From assembly GCA_963727445.1 (NCBI GenBank), contig CAVSGI010000008.1, forward strand, positions 128,001 through 192,000: 64,000 nt of DNA, written 5' to 3'. This stretch comes from an uncultured delta proteobacterium (lineage in GTDB: Bacteria > Myxococcota_A > Polyangia > Polyangiales > B10-G4). The notes beneath the pieces were generated by a model. The model did not search any database. It was not told where the DNA came from and was given only the letters and a program-made list of their open reading frames with translations. Shown here one piece after another: positions 10,755 through 20,673 of the stretch; position 1 is the stretch's first letter, and each line of letters starts with the position of its first letter. The position numbers and the translations under genes are program-made.

Positions 10755-11909
10755 GCTGGCTCGACGCGCCGAAGCTGGGTCCCCTGGGCGTGGCTACGCG
10801 TGCGCTCGACCCGGATCTGCGCGAAGGGGCCGACGGGCTCCGCCAGCTGCTGGCGCTCGTCGAAGCGCACTGCGAAACCGAAGAGATCGACGAGGACGCA
10901 GATCGGCGCTTCGTCGAAGGGGCAGGCGCGGCGCTCGGCGCGTTGCTCATCACCCACGTCGGCGACGCCGCTCACGTCGAGCGCGACGGGATGCACCGGC
11001 TGCGCCTCGGTCGCTTCGGTTTCTTCGATCCCTTCGCTGCGATGGAGGCCGTCCTCGACGCTCCCGACCCGCAGCGCGCGCTCGCCGAAGCGGTGCGAGC
11101 GGCCGAAGCGGAGGCGAGCGGCGCGGGCCCCCTGTCGCGGGTGATGGTCAGCCTGGCCGACGCGCTCGAGCGGCGCCGCCCTCCCCTCGCCGTCCGCGAG
11201 CACTTCGAGCGCTACGTGAAGCTCTCGGACGAGACCGAGCTCGAATCTCTCGCGTGTGGTCGACGCCACCCGGGATGGGACGAGCGCGGACGTGGCGCGC
11301 TCGGTGGACAAGCTCCTGAGCTTCCTCGGCGAAGACAGACGCACGGTCGCCTGGGGAGACGCGCGCACGCGCCTCTTGCCGCGCCTGTTGCCGCCGAGCT
11401 TCGAAGCCTCGCTCCCCGACGACTCCCCGCGCCGCGGCACCCTCGCCACACGCCCGGTCTGGCAGGACGTGCGCGTCGCGTTGATCCTCGGCTACGAAGG
11501 CCGCTCGCGCTTCGTCCGCGAAGACGAGCTCGAGGACTGGGCGCAATCCTTCGACGACTGTCTGACGGTCGCCGTCGCCAACCTCGCCGCGCGCTCGACC
11601 ACCGCGCGCTTCGCGCGGATCGAGACCGAGGCGGGCCCGTTGGTGGTAGCGCGCACCGGCGACGGCCTCGACGCCGCACGCCTGTTGCTCCCCGGCCTCC
11701 ACGATGTCCTGTCCGCCGAGCTCGGCTCGCCCTTCCTCGCCTCGGTGCCGCATCGCGACACGCTCCTCGCCGGCCCCACATCACCCGAGGCGCTGGTTCA
11801 GGCGCTCCGGCACAAGACCGCGGACGACGCGGCGCGCGCCCCTCACCGCATCAGCGACGCGCTCTTCCTCGTGAGCCCCGAAGGGCTCAGCGTCGCTGCA
11901 GAATCCTGA
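10751..11909 (+). CDS. Hypothetical protein with a C-terminal DUF1444-like domain; +1 frameshift near 11244
   Basis: The frames join when GAATC at 11243-11247 is read as GATC (ETELDLSRVVDAT). The C-terminal DGLDAARLLLP...ASVPHRDTL resembles DUF1444. Confidence 0.65.
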
Positions 11910-13476
11910 AGGTCACGCGCCGATTTTCGTCGGGGGAGCCTTCGCTCACGGGCACGTCGGAGCCCATGCCCACGAAGGTGAGGCGCCCTGCGTCGACGCC
12001 GTTGTGGATCAGGAACTCCATCACCGCTTCGGCGCGCGCCTCGGAGAGACGCAAGGCGCGGTTGGTGTTGCCCTCGTTGGCGGCCGCGTGCCCTTCGACC
12101 TGTACCAGCGCGATCTCCGCGTTGTCGTTGAGGAGCTCGGCGATGAGCGCCAGGGAGGCCTGCACGCCCTCCTCGAGCTGCGCGCGTCGGTGGGCGAAGA
12201 GGATGGGCTCCGTCGTGACGATCTGTGAACCGTCGATGGTCGCTCCGTCCGGGCAGCCGTCGTCGTCGAGATAGTCGTTCACCGTCTCCGGCTGATCCGG
12301 ACAGAAGTCGTCGTTGTCGGGGTTGCCGTCGCCGTCTGCATCCTCTTCGGGGCAGCCGTCGTCGTCGGCGTGACCATCCTGGTCCTCGGCCTGATCGGGG
12401 CAACGGTCGCGGCTGTCGGGGATGCCGTCGCCGTCCCGGTCTTCGCCGCTCGTCTCCTCGGAGCCGTCGCCAACCTCGTCGTCGCCCAGCTCTTCGTCGC
12501 CCTCGCCGCTCCCCTCGGAGGCCAGCGGAATGGCGTAGCCGAGGGTGCCGAGGATCCGAATGGCAGGAACCCCGACGCCCTGAGTCACGCCCGCATCGAG
12601 CGCCAGCCCTGCCGTGAAACCGGAGCCCAGCGCGAAGTGCGCGCCGAGGAGCACCTCGATGGGCACGGCGTCACCGGAGAACGCCTGGCCAGAGGTGACG
12701 GTGGTGGCACCGCGAAGCTCGGCTTCGACGCGCACCGGATCGAGGTAGAGGTGGGCGCCGACCCCGAAGAGGAGCTCCGAGCCGGGGCGCGCGAGGATCG
12801 GACTGGTGAGGCCCTGCGGGATGTACTCCGACTCTGGCCGGTAGGCGAAACCGAGGTTGACGATCGGCGTGATGATCGCGCTGGCGAGCGCGAGGGTGGC
12901 GATCGCGCGAACGCCCACGCCGCCGTCTCCCGTGAGCGACGACTGGACCCCACTCGGCAGAAGGAGCGCCGCGGCCAGGCCGAGGCCCACGTCGATACCG
13001 TCGGTCGGTCGCTGCCGCTCGCCGACGAGCTTGGCGCGAAGACCGAGGGTGAAGTCGCCAGCAGCAGGCCCCTGGACCGGCACCAGGCCGGGAAGCTCGG
13101 TGCTGAGGTCGGTGCCGGACTGCACCCAGGTCACGGGCAGGCTGACGAAGGCCCCCAGGAAGTCGGCCAATCCGAGCGAGAGCGCGAAGTGGGTGGTGAA
13201 GCTGTTCTCGACCAGGTAGCCGTCGCGGTCGCGCCCGTCGGCGGTGGTGGTGCTCACCGCGAGGGGGCCATAGGCGTAGTCGACGGCGAGGCGCGCATCG
13301 AGTGTGAGGTGCGCCGGCGGGGCCGGCAGGAAGAGCCCGAAGCCGTCGGTCGACGAGGGCGGCATGTAGTAGCGGTTCAGCGCGAAGCCCTGCGCTTCAC
13401 CCACGCTCGGACAGAGCGCGAAGAGCGCCGCCGCCAGCGCGAGGACTGCGAGGAAGAAAGAGCTTCGGAGACGCAT
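11887..13476 (-). CDS. OmpA-family outer-membrane protein with thrombospondin type-3 (Ca-binding) repeats
   Basis: Signal peptide and barrel-like region, then DRDGDGIPDSRDRCP / DDDGCP repeats and a C-terminal OmpA domain (VEGHA, LSEARAEAV, NRRVTF). Confidence 0.9.
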   Translation of the reverse strand: MRLRSSFFLAVLALAAALFALCPSVGEAQGFALNRYYMPPSSTDGFGLFLPAPPAHLTLDARLAVDYAYGPLAVSTTTADGRDRDGYLVENSFTTHFALSLGLADFLGAFVSLPVTWVQSGTDLSTELPGLVPVQGPAAGDFTLGLRAKLVGERQRPTDGIDVGLGLAAALLLPSGVQSSLTGDGGVGVRAIATLALASAIITPIVNLGFAYRPESEYIPQGLTSPILARPGSELLFGVGAHLYLDPVRVEAELRGATTVTSGQAFSGDAVPIEVLLGAHFALGSGFTAGLALDAGVTQGVGVPAIRILGTLGYAIPLASEGSGEGDEELGDDEVGDGSEETSGEDRDGDGIPDSRDRCPDQAEDQDGHADDDGCPEEDADGDGNPDNDDFCPDQPETVNDYLDDDGCPDGATIDGSQIVTTEPILFAHRRAQLEEGVQASLALIAELLNDNAEIALVQVEGHAAANEGNTNRALRLSEARAEAVMEFLIHNGVDAGRLTFVGMGSDVPVSEGSPDENRRVTFRILQRR

Positions 13477-13498
13477 CGAGGGGGCCGAGAGACCAGTG

Positions 13499-15880
13499 TC
13501 AGCGTGTGAGCGGGAGGAATGCGCGCGATTCGCCACTGGGGCGAACTCGAACCGATCGGATGTGATCTGTACCGTCCGGAGTCACCAACCTGAGCCGCAC
13601 GGTACCGACCGGAAGCCTCGCGCGCAATGGTGTGCGTCCGAGGGCCGTTCTGCCGAAGAAGACCCGGGTTCCGCTGGGCTGGGTGTCGAGAACGAGCGTT
13701 CCCTGCGGGGGCGGAGCCCTCCGCTGCATCTGTGGGGGCGGCTGGGAGGGGGTTTGGGGCTGCTCGGCGGGGCGATCCTCCTCCAAGGTGAGGGTCACCT
13801 CGGCGGGGCTGCCCGCTTCGACCACGACCTGTTGCTGGGCGGTGATCCGGCCGTTCATGGTCGCCACGACCGAATACGTGCCTGCCTCGACCTCTTCCCA
13901 GGTGACGGGAGACTCGCCCTCGCGATCGCCCATGCGAATCGCGGCGCCCGGTGGCTCGGTGGTGACCGTCACCGCCGCCGTGGTGGGCGCCGGAGTCTGT
14001 GGCTCCTCGTTCCCTGTGCCGGCCGCGACCTCGTTCGACCCGGCGGTGCCTTCGTCACCCTGGGCGGCGGTCTCCTCGTCGCCTTCGGCGGTGGCTCCCT
14101 CGGCAGCGCCCTCCGGGTTGCCTTCGGGCTGCTCCCCGGACTCGCTCACGCTCGTCCCGTCGCCCGACACCTCTTCTTCGTCATCGCCGCCAGTGGTCAC
14201 CCAGACCACCGCCACCGTGACGAGCGCCGCCGCGAAGAGCGCGAGGAGCACCACGGCCACACGCAAGAGGGTCGAGGGGCCGCGCTGCGGTGGAGCTTCC
14301 GGAATGAAGCTCGCCGGCTGTGAGAAGGGATCAGCCACCGCCGCGGGCGGTGGCCCCGCCGGGTCTCTGGGCTGCAGCGGCGCGCCAGTCGCGGGGTCGA
14401 GCGCGGCCGTCGGTGCCGTGAAGATCTCCGGAACGCCCGCGGATGGGTCGGGGTTGTGGACGTTGGTGGTGGTGTCGTCCGCCGCGCCCCCTTGCAGCCG
14501 CTTCACCACCGATGGGATTCGCTCGCCGCTCCACGTCTCCGTGGGCAGCTCCTCGTCCTCCTGCATCGGCTCGCCGACGTCGATGTCGAAGCCGACCGGT
14601 GAAATCAGGTTGTCGATGGTGTCGAGATCGGGATCGGAGCTCTCCTCGGGCTGCTTGTTCTTGTCGGACTTGGTGCGGCCGCCCGCGGGGCGAGACCCGG
14701 ACTCGAGCTGAAGCGCCTTTTGAGAGGGACTGCTGCCCGGTCCGAAAGGTCCGCGCGAAGCCGCGTCCGGGATCATCGTCTCGATGGCGTTCGCGATGTG
14801 CATCGCGTGGACGAACTCGCCCTGTTCCGCGAGGAAGCGCTCGAGCGCCACGTACATCTCGCCGGCGGTCTGGAAACGCTGTCCCGGATCCTTGGCCAGG
14901 GCCTTGCGGAGGATGGCATCGAGGCGGGGCGGTACGTCGCCGCGCACGAGACGAGCCGAGGGCACCGGCTCGTGGACGATGGCGCGCATGGTGTCGAGAT
15001 CGCTCGCTCGCCGGAAGGCGGGCTTGCCGGTCAGCGCCTCGTAGAGGCAAGCGCCGATGGCGAAGATGTCCGAGCGCGCGTCGAGCGGCTTGCCGAGACA
15101 CTGCTCCGGCGACATGTACGAGAACTTCCCTTTGACGATGCCGGCTTCGGTCTGACTCGTCTGCGTGGCCGCCTTGGCGATACCGAAGTCGAGCAGCTTC
15201 ACCACGCCGTCGAAGCGCACCATGACGTTCTGGGGGCTCACGTCGCGGTGCACGATGTTGAGCGGGCGCCCGACGCCGTCGCGCGCCTGGTGCGCGTAGT
15301 TCAAAGCATCGGCGACGTGCGCCATGATCTTGACCGCGATGGTGATGGGCAAGCCGCCCTTGTCGCGCGCCCGCGCGATCAGCTTGCCGAAGGGCACGCC
15401 GTTCACCCACTCCATCGCGATGAAATAAGTGTCTTCCAGCTCCCCGATGTCGTAGATGTGGCAGATGTTCGGATGGTTGAGACGCATGGCCAGGCGCGCC
15501 TCGTCCAGGAACATCTCGACGAAGGTGTCGTCATCCGCGATCTGCGGAAGGATGCGCTTGACCGCGACGTGCCGGCCGGCGCCGTGGCTCGCCATCTCGC
15601 GCGCGAGGAAGACCTCCGCCATGCCGCCCACCGCGAGGCGGCCGAGGATCTCGTACTTGCCGTAGGTGTCGATGGCCGGATAGTCGGGCGCGAGTGGATG
15701 CGCGTTCTCCCCAGGGGCGGGCGCAACGTTCGCTTCGATCATCGTTTCGTCGTCGAAATCGATCCCGTCCGAAACACTGGGCTGCACTCCGGATCTGGGT
15801 TCTCGATCCGGCCGAAGCGGCGATGTCGTGGGTTCGTCCACGTCCGGAGAATCTGGACGACGAGGGGCCATTCTGACCAT
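13499..15880 (-). CDS. Membrane Ser/Thr protein kinase with an extracytoplasmic PEGA-like domain
   Basis: LAVGGMAEV, VAVK, HRDVSPQN, DFGIAK, YMSPE, a TM helix, then VTTEPPGAAI (PEGA-like). Confidence 0.93.
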   Translation of the reverse strand: MVRMAPRRPDSPDVDEPTTSPLRPDREPRSGVQPSVSDGIDFDDETMIEANVAPAPGENAHPLAPDYPAIDTYGKYEILGRLAVGGMAEVFLAREMASHGAGRHVAVKRILPQIADDDTFVEMFLDEARLAMRLNHPNICHIYDIGELEDTYFIAMEWVNGVPFGKLIARARDKGGLPITIAVKIMAHVADALNYAHQARDGVGRPLNIVHRDVSPQNVMVRFDGVVKLLDFGIAKAATQTSQTEAGIVKGKFSYMSPEQCLGKPLDARSDIFAIGACLYEALTGKPAFRRASDLDTMRAIVHEPVPSARLVRGDVPPRLDAILRKALAKDPGQRFQTAGEMYVALERFLAEQGEFVHAMHIANAIETMIPDAASRGPFGPGSSPSQKALQLESGSRPAGGRTKSDKNKQPEESSDPDLDTIDNLISPVGFDIDVGEPMQEDEELPTETWSGERIPSVVKRLQGGAADDTTTNVHNPDPSAGVPEIFTAPTAALDPATGAPLQPRDPAGPPPAAVADPFSQPASFIPEAPPQRGPSTLLRVAVVLLALFAAALVTVAVVWVTTGGDDEEEVSGDGTSVSESGEQPEGNPEGAAEGATAEGDEETAAQGDEGTAGSNEVAAGTGNEEPQTPAPTTAAVTVTTEPPGAAIRMGDREGESPVTWEEVEAGTYSVVATMNGRITAQQQVVVEAGSPAEVTLTLEEDRPAEQPQTPSQPPPQMQRRAPPPQGTLVLDTQPSGTRVFFGRTALGRTPLRARLPVGTVRLRLVTPDGTDHIRSVRVRPSGESRAFLPLTR

Positions 15881-16047
15881 TGGAAGTATACAGTGAGGCG
15901 CCGTGCACTTGCCACTGCTGTGCAGCCACAATGCATCGAAGTTTCAATGGCCTGCGCCGACACGGCCATGGGATCTGTGCTCGCCCACGTAGATCCACCC
16001 ACATCGACCGACGTCACGCCCACCAACGTACTTGAGCGACGATCTCG

Positions 16048-17208
16048 TCAGGGGTCGTACCAGTCGTCCGGCTCTTCGTCGTCGTTCGGCATGGGACGTA
16101 CGCCACTTTCAGCCCGATCGAGCCCGATCCCGAAGTGCGACGGGTCGAGTGGTTGGGCGCCGATGTCGTACTCGATGCCACCTGCGACGCTCACGAACGC
16201 GTCGAGCTCGCTCACCAGCGCGTCGAGGCCGCTGCGTGGCGCCGGCTCGGCGCGCCCGCCGGCCAGGTGCAGCCCGACCAGGAGCGAGACGTCTCGAGCG
16301 CCCACGCGCGGATCGAGTGACGCCAGCACCGCGTCCACCTCTTCGACCAACGCCGCCGCGCTGGGGATGCGGCGTTCTGGATTCCGGTCGAGCACCCGTG
16401 CCACGAGCGCGTCCACGTCGTTGGTGACCGACGAGTTGTACTTCGACACCGGCTCGACGTTCTTGCGGACGACGTTGCGCACGGTGACTGCGTCGACCTC
16501 TTCTTGGAAGAGCCGCCGCCCAGCGAGCATCTCCCACATCACGATGCCCGCGGCGAAGATGTCGACGCGGTGGTCGCTCGGCTTCTGAAGCACGGTCTCG
16601 GGAGCGAGGTAGCCGAGCTTGCCGCCGACCAACGCGTCGGTTCGCATCGTCTGATGCACGCTCGCGTTGGCGAGCCCGAAGTCAGCGAGCTTGACCGCGC
16701 CGCTACGGCTGAGGAGCACGTTATGAGGCGATACGTCGCGATGAATGATCCCCAGGTGATTGCCTTCCCGATCCGCCGCGCAATGCGCGTAATCGAGGCC
16801 CGCGGCGAGCTGACGCATCACGTGAAGCGCCGCCGCCACCGGCATGCACGCGCCCCGCTGGTGCGCCCGATCGAGGAGCGACTTGAGCGACGTCCCGTCG
16901 ACCAGCTCCATCACCATCAGGAACGTGCCACCGACCTCGCGCGCGTCGTAGACACGAACCACGTTGGGGTGCCTCAGAAGCCGCCCGAGCCGCGCCTCGT
17001 CTTCGAACATCGATCGATAGAGATCCTGCTTCGCGAGATGCGGCAGCACTCGCTTGACCGCGACGTAGTAGCTCTCGCCCGTCTCGAGGATGGCGCGCGC
17101 TTTCCACACCTCGGCCATGCCCCCCGACGCGAGACGGCGCACCGGCTCGTAGCGCGTGGGCGCTCGTCGCAATTTCGCCGAAAGGCGTGTCGGACGCGAC
17201 TTCGCCAT
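16048..17208 (-). CDS. Cytoplasmic Ser/Thr protein kinase
   Basis: LASGGMAEV, VAVK, HRDVSPHN, DFGLA, YLAPE; no TM segment. Confidence 0.93.
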   Translation of the reverse strand: MAKSRPTRLSAKLRRAPTRYEPVRRLASGGMAEVWKARAILETGESYYVAVKRVLPHLAKQDLYRSMFEDEARLGRLLRHPNVVRVYDAREVGGTFLMVMELVDGTSLKSLLDRAHQRGACMPVAAALHVMRQLAAGLDYAHCAADREGNHLGIIHRDVSPHNVLLSRSGAVKLADFGLANASVHQTMRTDALVGGKLGYLAPETVLQKPSDHRVDIFAAGIVMWEMLAGRRLFQEEVDAVTVRNVVRKNVEPVSKYNSSVTNDVDALVARVLDRNPERRIPSAAALVEEVDAVLASLDPRVGARDVSLLVGLHLAGGRAEPAPRSGLDALVSELDAFVSVAGGIEYDIGAQPLDPSHFGIGLDRAESGVRPMPNDDEEPDDWYDP

Positions 17209-17242
17209 CAACTCATGAGCGTCGCAAACGGTCCAGCGAGGG

Positions 17243-19090
17243 TCAATCGCCGTCGAGGATCGAGCGTACGATCGCCGTCGCGTCGTCCACCGCGCGCGCG
17301 AGCGCTTCGGACTCGACTTCGTGATGTCCCACCGACACCGGATCACTCGCACCCACCCCGGCACCAAAGGCTGACGCCAGCGCACGACCCACGGCCACCG
17401 CACGCGCAAAGGACTCGGCGTCGGCGGGGGGTGGGATGCGGGGATAGGAAAGCCGCAGAAAACGATCGTAACGCTGGCGGTAGTCGGCGGAGGCGAGCAC
17501 GGCGAGGGCGTAGTGCAGAACATCCCCAGCGCTCGCGCGCTCGCCGCATCCCGCCATCAGCATCGCGGCGCCTTCGGGATCGAGGTTGTCTCCTCCGTCG
17601 GGATCGTGGGCGACGAAGGCCCGGGTGCGACACGAGGAACGGCTCGACAGGTAGCAGTTGTCGGGGATGGCCGAGACCGCGCCGAAGTGCGCCCAGGGAC
17701 GCTTGCCGCGGTCCTTGCGCACCGTCACCACGATGGGCCCGCCGTGCGCGATCGCGCGGGCGAGTCGTGGCCGCGGCCGATGACAGAAGGGGGCGACGGG
17801 CACGAAGTAACGGTCGTCGAAGGGGCGATAGGCGATCGGCTGCACGACCGCCGCCGCATCGACGGCCATGGCGTCCGACAGACGCTTTCGCGCGGTCTCG
17901 GGGTCGTAGTGCCCACTCTTCACCCAGGCCTTGGCGAGCGCGTCGTCCTTCGCGCCCCTCAAAAACGCCTCGACGCGAGCGCGGAGGCGCGCGGCATCCG
18001 CGTCGATCACCGCGTCGTCGCGGTTGGTCTGCACGCCCTCGGCGTGGAATCGGAAGATCTGGTCCATGGAGGGCCAGCTCTCGTAGAGGGCGTCGCGCGG
18101 CGCCGGGACGAAGAGAAAGGAAGGCGCCGACGCCTTCACCCGCTCGAGCCCGAGTCGGCCGACGCCGAGCTTCTTCAGCTTGTCGTCGCGTCCGCCGCGC
18201 AGCGCGGCGTGTCGCACCCTGGCGCGTCGAACGTTCGGGAGCGCCGGCATGCGAAAGGCCACCGTGAGCGCCACCGATGGACGCACGCCGAAGACGTTCT
18301 CGTCCTTCTCTCCGTCGCTCGACAGCAGCGCGCTGCCGCCGACGTCCACCACGTCGACTCCGTCGAGCCATCGCACCAGCGCCCCACGCATGCCCGCATG
18401 AACGGGACCATCCAGGAAGGAGCCATTGGTCGCGAGACCCAGCACGCCTCCCCCCGGTGACAGGCGCACCACCTCGGTCGCCCAGCGGAAGAAGCGCACG
18501 TAGTCGTCCGAGAGCACGCCGATCTTTCGCTCGGCGAGGCGCCTGCCCTCCGCGTCACGACGGAAGTCCTCGAGGAGGTCCGCCGTGGCCGCGTCCTTGT
18601 TGGCGCTCTTCGACGCCCAGGGTGGGTTGCCGAGGATGACGGTGATGGCGTCGGGGGCGAGCTCGGCGCCGAAGGGCGTCAGATCGGCGAGGGTGTCGGT
18701 GGTGCGGAGCTCGAGGGGAAAGCCGGCCCGCGCCGCCGGCTCCGACAGAAGGCGTCCCGCCTCCCCTACGACCTCCTCGTCGAGATCGATCCCGACGAAG
18801 CGGCCGGGCGCGCCGCTGCGCTCCGAGGCGAGCCCGAGCGCCGCCGCCAGAAAGGCCCCCGGTCCACACGCGGGATCGAGGATCGCCACCCGGCGATCGG
18901 CGAGGCCCCCCCTGAGGCCGAAGCGACGCTTCAGCACCTGGTCGACCTGGAGCACGAGGTAGCGCGCGACCTCGGTGGGGGTGTGGACGACCCCACGAAC
19001 GCGCCAGCCCTCGCCCTCGCTTCGCAAGCGCTGGTCGCGCCGGGCCCCCGCCTCGGCGACCGCTTCCTCCACCGCGCTCAGCTGGGGCAC
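17243..19090 (-). CDS. N6-adenine DNA methyltransferase with a Type ISP-like C-terminal specificity domain
   Basis: GVVHTP, ILDPACGPGAFL (motif I), ILGNPPW (motif IV), DDYVRFFRWA, DENVF, GVQTNRD, IAYRPFD. The start is uncertain (GTG 19090). Confidence 0.85.
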   Translation of the reverse strand: MPQLSAVEEAVAEAGARRDQRLRSEGEGWRVRGVVHTPTEVARYLVLQVDQVLKRRFGLRGGLADRRVAILDPACGPGAFLAAALGLASERSGAPGRFVGIDLDEEVVGEAGRLLSEPAARAGFPLELRTTDTLADLTPFGAELAPDAITVILGNPPWASKSANKDAATADLLEDFRRDAEGRRLAERKIGVLSDDYVRFFRWATEVVRLSPGGGVLGLATNGSFLDGPVHAGMRGALVRWLDGVDVVDVGGSALLSSDGEKDENVFGVRPSVALTVAFRMPALPNVRRARVRHAALRGGRDDKLKKLGVGRLGLERVKASAPSFLFVPAPRDALYESWPSMDQIFRFHAEGVQTNRDDAVIDADAARLRARVEAFLRGAKDDALAKAWVKSGHYDPETARKRLSDAMAVDAAAVVQPIAYRPFDDRYFVPVAPFCHRPRPRLARAIAHGGPIVVTVRKDRGKRPWAHFGAVSAIPDNCYLSSRSSCRTRAFVAHDPDGGDNLDPEGAAMLMAGCGERASAGDVLHYALAVLASADYRQRYDRFLRLSYPRIPPPADAESFARAVAVGRALASAFGAGVGASDPVSVGHHEVESEALARAVDDATAIVRSILDGD

Positions 19091-19358
19091 GCGCGGGAGA
19101 ATAGCCTCTTTTGAGCCAGCGCCGTCCGGAGGGGTCGCTGCGGCGACCCTCCCCTTCTCCGGACCCCCGCTCCGCTCGCTTGTGAGACCTCTCAAAGGGT
19201 CCGGCGCAGGTAGCGGTATTTCCCAAGTTAATCGGGTGGGTCTGTGCTACAGCGGCGCGCGAATCGGCAGGGGAGGAATGGGTTGTCCCACCGTAGTACG
19301 CCCTGAACGAGGACCCGAATATGGGTCCCCCAAGATATTTTTTCTGGAGGCTTTCGAG

Positions 19359-20351
19359 ATGAACGCGAAGACGACGACCGCCATTTTGACCGCCCTGGCG
19401 GTGCTCGCGATCGGCGCGCCGGCCAGCGCCCAGAACTGGGGCGACCCCGAGGGCGGTGATTGGGGCACGGATCAGAACAACCAGCAGCAGCAGACGGATC
19501 AGAATCAGCAGCAGCAGACGCAGCAGACCGATCCGAACCAGCAGCAGACGCAGCAGACCCAGACCAACACCTGGCAGACGCAGCAGAACCAGCAGACGCA
19601 GCAGCAGCAGCAGACGTATCAGCAGCAGCCGCAAGGCAACGAGCAGCCGCCGGCCTGGGGCGGGGGCGAAGAGCCCGTCGAAGGCGACGAGGGCGCCACC
19701 GGAGACGACCACATGGACGTCGCCGTGGGCCACCTCGGTGTGGGCTTCCTCGGTCTCGCGAGCGTCCCGGTGGGTGCGACCTTCGCCGGCCTCGCTGAGC
19801 CGGTCGCGGTCTCGGCGCCGACCATCGGCGTTCGATACTGGCTCTCAGAGATGATCGGTCTCGATGTCGGCATCGGCTTCGGCTTCACGCAGAACAGCGC
19901 GACCCTCGATTCGCCCGACGTGCTCGTCAGCGGCAACACCAGCCAGGCTTTCGCCCTCTCCGTGCACGGCGGTCTGCCCATCGCGATCTTCCACGCGAAG
20001 CACTACAAGTTCAACATCATCCCCGAGCTGAACCTCGGTTACGGCACCGGCACCCTCTTCGGCGCCACGCCCAACGATGACATCGAGCTCAGCGGCTTCG
20101 CCCTCGACGTCGGCGCCCGCGCCGCGTGCGAAATCCACTTCGGCTTCATCGGCATTCCCGAGCTCGCCCTTCAGGCCGGCGTCGGGCTCAGCCTGAAGTT
20201 CTCCTCGCGCAACTCGGAGCACACCTTCGGTGACCCGCGTGGCTCGACCATCAACAGCGAGAGCTCCCTCGACCTCGGCACCCGTTACAACTTCGACGAG
20301 CCCTGGGATATCTTCATCGGCAGCCTGACCGCGCTCTACTACTTCCGCTGA
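19359..20351 (+). CDS. Secreted outer-membrane beta-barrel-like protein with a Gln/Thr-rich N-terminal tract
   Basis: GGAGG RBS, signal peptide ending ASA, a QQQQT-rich region, alternating beta-strand pattern, and C-terminal ALYYFR. Confidence 0.8.
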   Translation: MNAKTTTAILTALAVLAIGAPASAQNWGDPEGGDWGTDQNNQQQQTDQNQQQQTQQTDPNQQQTQQTQTNTWQTQQNQQTQQQQQTYQQQPQGNEQPPAWGGGEEPVEGDEGATGDDHMDVAVGHLGVGFLGLASVPVGATFAGLAEPVAVSAPTIGVRYWLSEMIGLDVGIGFGFTQNSATLDSPDVLVSGNTSQAFALSVHGGLPIAIFHAKHYKFNIIPELNLGYGTGTLFGATPNDDIELSGFALDVGARAACEIHFGFIGIPELALQAGVGLSLKFSSRNSEHTFGDPRGSTINSESSLDLGTRYNFDEPWDIFIGSLTALYYFR

Positions 20352-20458
20352 AGGCGGCGCCCAGGCACGGCATCTGGGCGGCTTTCCTCCTCGACGCCTC
20401 CCTGCGAAATGCCTTTGGCATTCCTCAGTCGGGGCCTGCGGGGGCGCTCGCCCAGGCA

Positions 20459-20669
20459 CGCACCTGACCGCCGCCTTCCCGTTGGGGGGCGCTTGTTAGC
20501 TGCCGCACCTGACCGCCGCCTTCCCGTTGGGGGGCGCTTGTTAGCCGCCGCACCTGACCGCCGCCTTCCCGTTGGGGGGCGCTTGTTAGCCGCCGCACCT
20601 GACCGCCGCCTTCCTGTTGGGGGGCGCTTGTCAGCCGCCGCACCTGACCGCCGCCTTCCCGTTGGGGGG
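20459..20669. repeat. Intergenic tandem repeat with a 45-bp unit, about 4.7 copies
   Basis: Unit CGCACCTGACCGCCGCCTTCCCGTTGGGGGGCGCTTGTTAGCCGC starts at 20459, 20504, 20549, 20594 and 20639, with a few substitutions and no spacers. Confidence 0.95.
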
Positions 20670-20673
20670 TCTT

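Noticed and set aside
15899..15915. Sigma-54 promoter upstream of the membrane kinase (TGGCAAGTGCACGGC)
   Set aside because: The GG-N10-GC spacing is present, but the -12 match is poor and no enhancer is evident
17243..19090. This MTase as the cause of the GATC signature
   Set aside because: Type ISP-like enzymes typically recognise longer asymmetric sites, and nothing in the sequence links this one to GATC
20459..20669. CRISPR array or small coding repeat protein
   Set aside because: There are no unique spacers. The overlapping ORFs (20409..20720 and 20425..20643) are simply translations of a 45-bp tandem repeat.
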